Shown here piece after piece: positions 62,470-64,000 of a stretch of DNA of 64,000 nucleotides. Within the stretch, counting starts at the first letter, position 1; the number at the start of each line of letters is the position of its first letter. A model generated the notes under the pieces. That model was not told the origin of the DNA and did no database searches. It worked only from the letters and a program-made list of their open reading frames with translations. Position numbers and translations under genes: made by a program. The DNA comes from Octopus vulgaris (Eukaryota). The stretch is taken from contig OX597820.1 of assembly GCA_951406725.2 (NCBI GenBank), positions 2,542,001 to 2,606,000 of the forward strand, read 5' to 3'.

Positions 62470-64000
62470 TCCAACCCATGCTATTATGGAAAGCGGACGT
62501 TAAACGATGATGATGATGATGATGATTATATATGTCATCATCATCATTGTTTAATGTCCATCTTCCATGCATGCATGGGTAGGATGGCTGACATGAGCCA
62601 GCCAGGTAGGAAACTACCCAAGGCTATTGTATCTGCTTTGGCAGGGTTTTGTATATATTGTCATCACCATCATACTTTCAATGTCCATGTTTCTATGCTT
62701 GCATGGGTTGGCAGATTTTCTCTGGCTGGGTACCCTTCTGGTTAACAATCCTCACCTGATTCTTCACAGATTGGAAAACTAAAATTTGAAAAAACAATTT
62801 GTGAACTTTTAAATCATCCAGCAACAGCAACGAAACTGCTAAACCCAGGTTTCTGCTTCCTTGAGTAGAAATCTAGACTCAGCAGTCCTACCACCACTGT
62901 TGGATGCTTTTTCTACTGATATGCTTCTCTGCATTTTAGGCCTATACAAGATGTTTTCTTGAGACCATTACCACAGTTTTCTGGCTTTCTACTGTATATC
63001 CATGTTGAATAGGATATATATCTTCATCATCCTCATTTAATGTCCATTTTTCCATGTAGGCATTGGATAATTCGACAAGGGCTGACTGCTTCAAGCTCTG
63101 ATTGTCTTTTTGGGTCTGGTTTCTACACCTGGATCCCCTTCCCTAATGCCAACCACTTTGCAGAATGTATTTGGTGCTTCTTACGTGGCACCAGCCCCAG
63201 TATGGTCACCAAGTAACTCGTGTGTGTATTTTTATATATACACACACACACACACATGCACACAAATATACATACATAACACACACACATACCCATAGAA
63301 GCATACACACAAGCACAATCCCCTACATACACTTTTATGCACACATACACACATTCTACACAAACATGTGTACATGAGTACCATGTTATAGAATGAATAT
63401 AACAGATTGAAATATAATTATACATTGTGTAATACATACATACGCGTGTATGGACGAATGTATGAGTGTGTGTATAGCAAGAGAATATAACAAATGAAAA
63501 ATACGTATTACAAAATGTGATAAAATATTTAATAACAAATACAACAGAAAATGTGTAGTGTAAAATGAACGATTATAAAATATAACATATGCAACATAAA
63601 TTGTGCAGTATACAACATATAATAAAATATAAAAATATGTGATAGATGTGTATGTATATATTTTTAAATACGTATGTGATGATCTATACAGTATATATAT
63701 ATTATGCATAAAGAAAAAAATTTACATTAATATACATAATACACATAAAATGGAAAAGGAAAGAATATAAGAACATATACAAGGGTATATAAATTATATA
63801 AAAATAAAGAACATTATGAAAAAAATATATAAAGAACATTATAACAAAAATATATAATGAAATATAAATATAATAATAAACAATATGAAACTACAGAAAC
63901 TTAAGATGTATTGTGTGTGTGTGTGTGTATTGTTGATAATGTAGTTCTATATTTAAGAGATGAGGAATTATGTACACTGTTTACATTTAACGGATATTTA

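Overview
Eukaryotic, AT-rich, repeat-dense DNA. The SINE and microsatellite content suggests an octopus or other cephalopod; this is an inference from remembered repeat families, not a search result. Two spliced minus-strand genes can be rebuilt with GT-AG sites and consistent intron phases. The first is the 3' part of TTC17 (7 coding exons from 57990 to 49283, plus a probable short terminal exon at 47323-47334). The second encodes a secreted protein of about 285 aa with a signal peptide and PAN/Apple domain (exons from 17573 to 7488, with a tentative last exon at 4913-4944). The rest is mostly transposon relics: Tc1/mariner, piggyBac, hAT, Academ-like, Helitron, Merlin-like and MULE-like MITEs, CR1, RTE, R4/Dong, Penelope, an unusual LTR element and many SINEs. 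There are also two tandem arrays (44-bp and 157-bp units). The most notable unannotated signal is a set of five type-I hammerhead ribozyme motifs of the Penelope-associated kind; the one at 44897-44982 (minus strand) looks intact. Several fold-back inverted repeats are also present. Most ORFs in the supplied track are microsatellite or SINE artefacts. All alignments and folds were done by eye.
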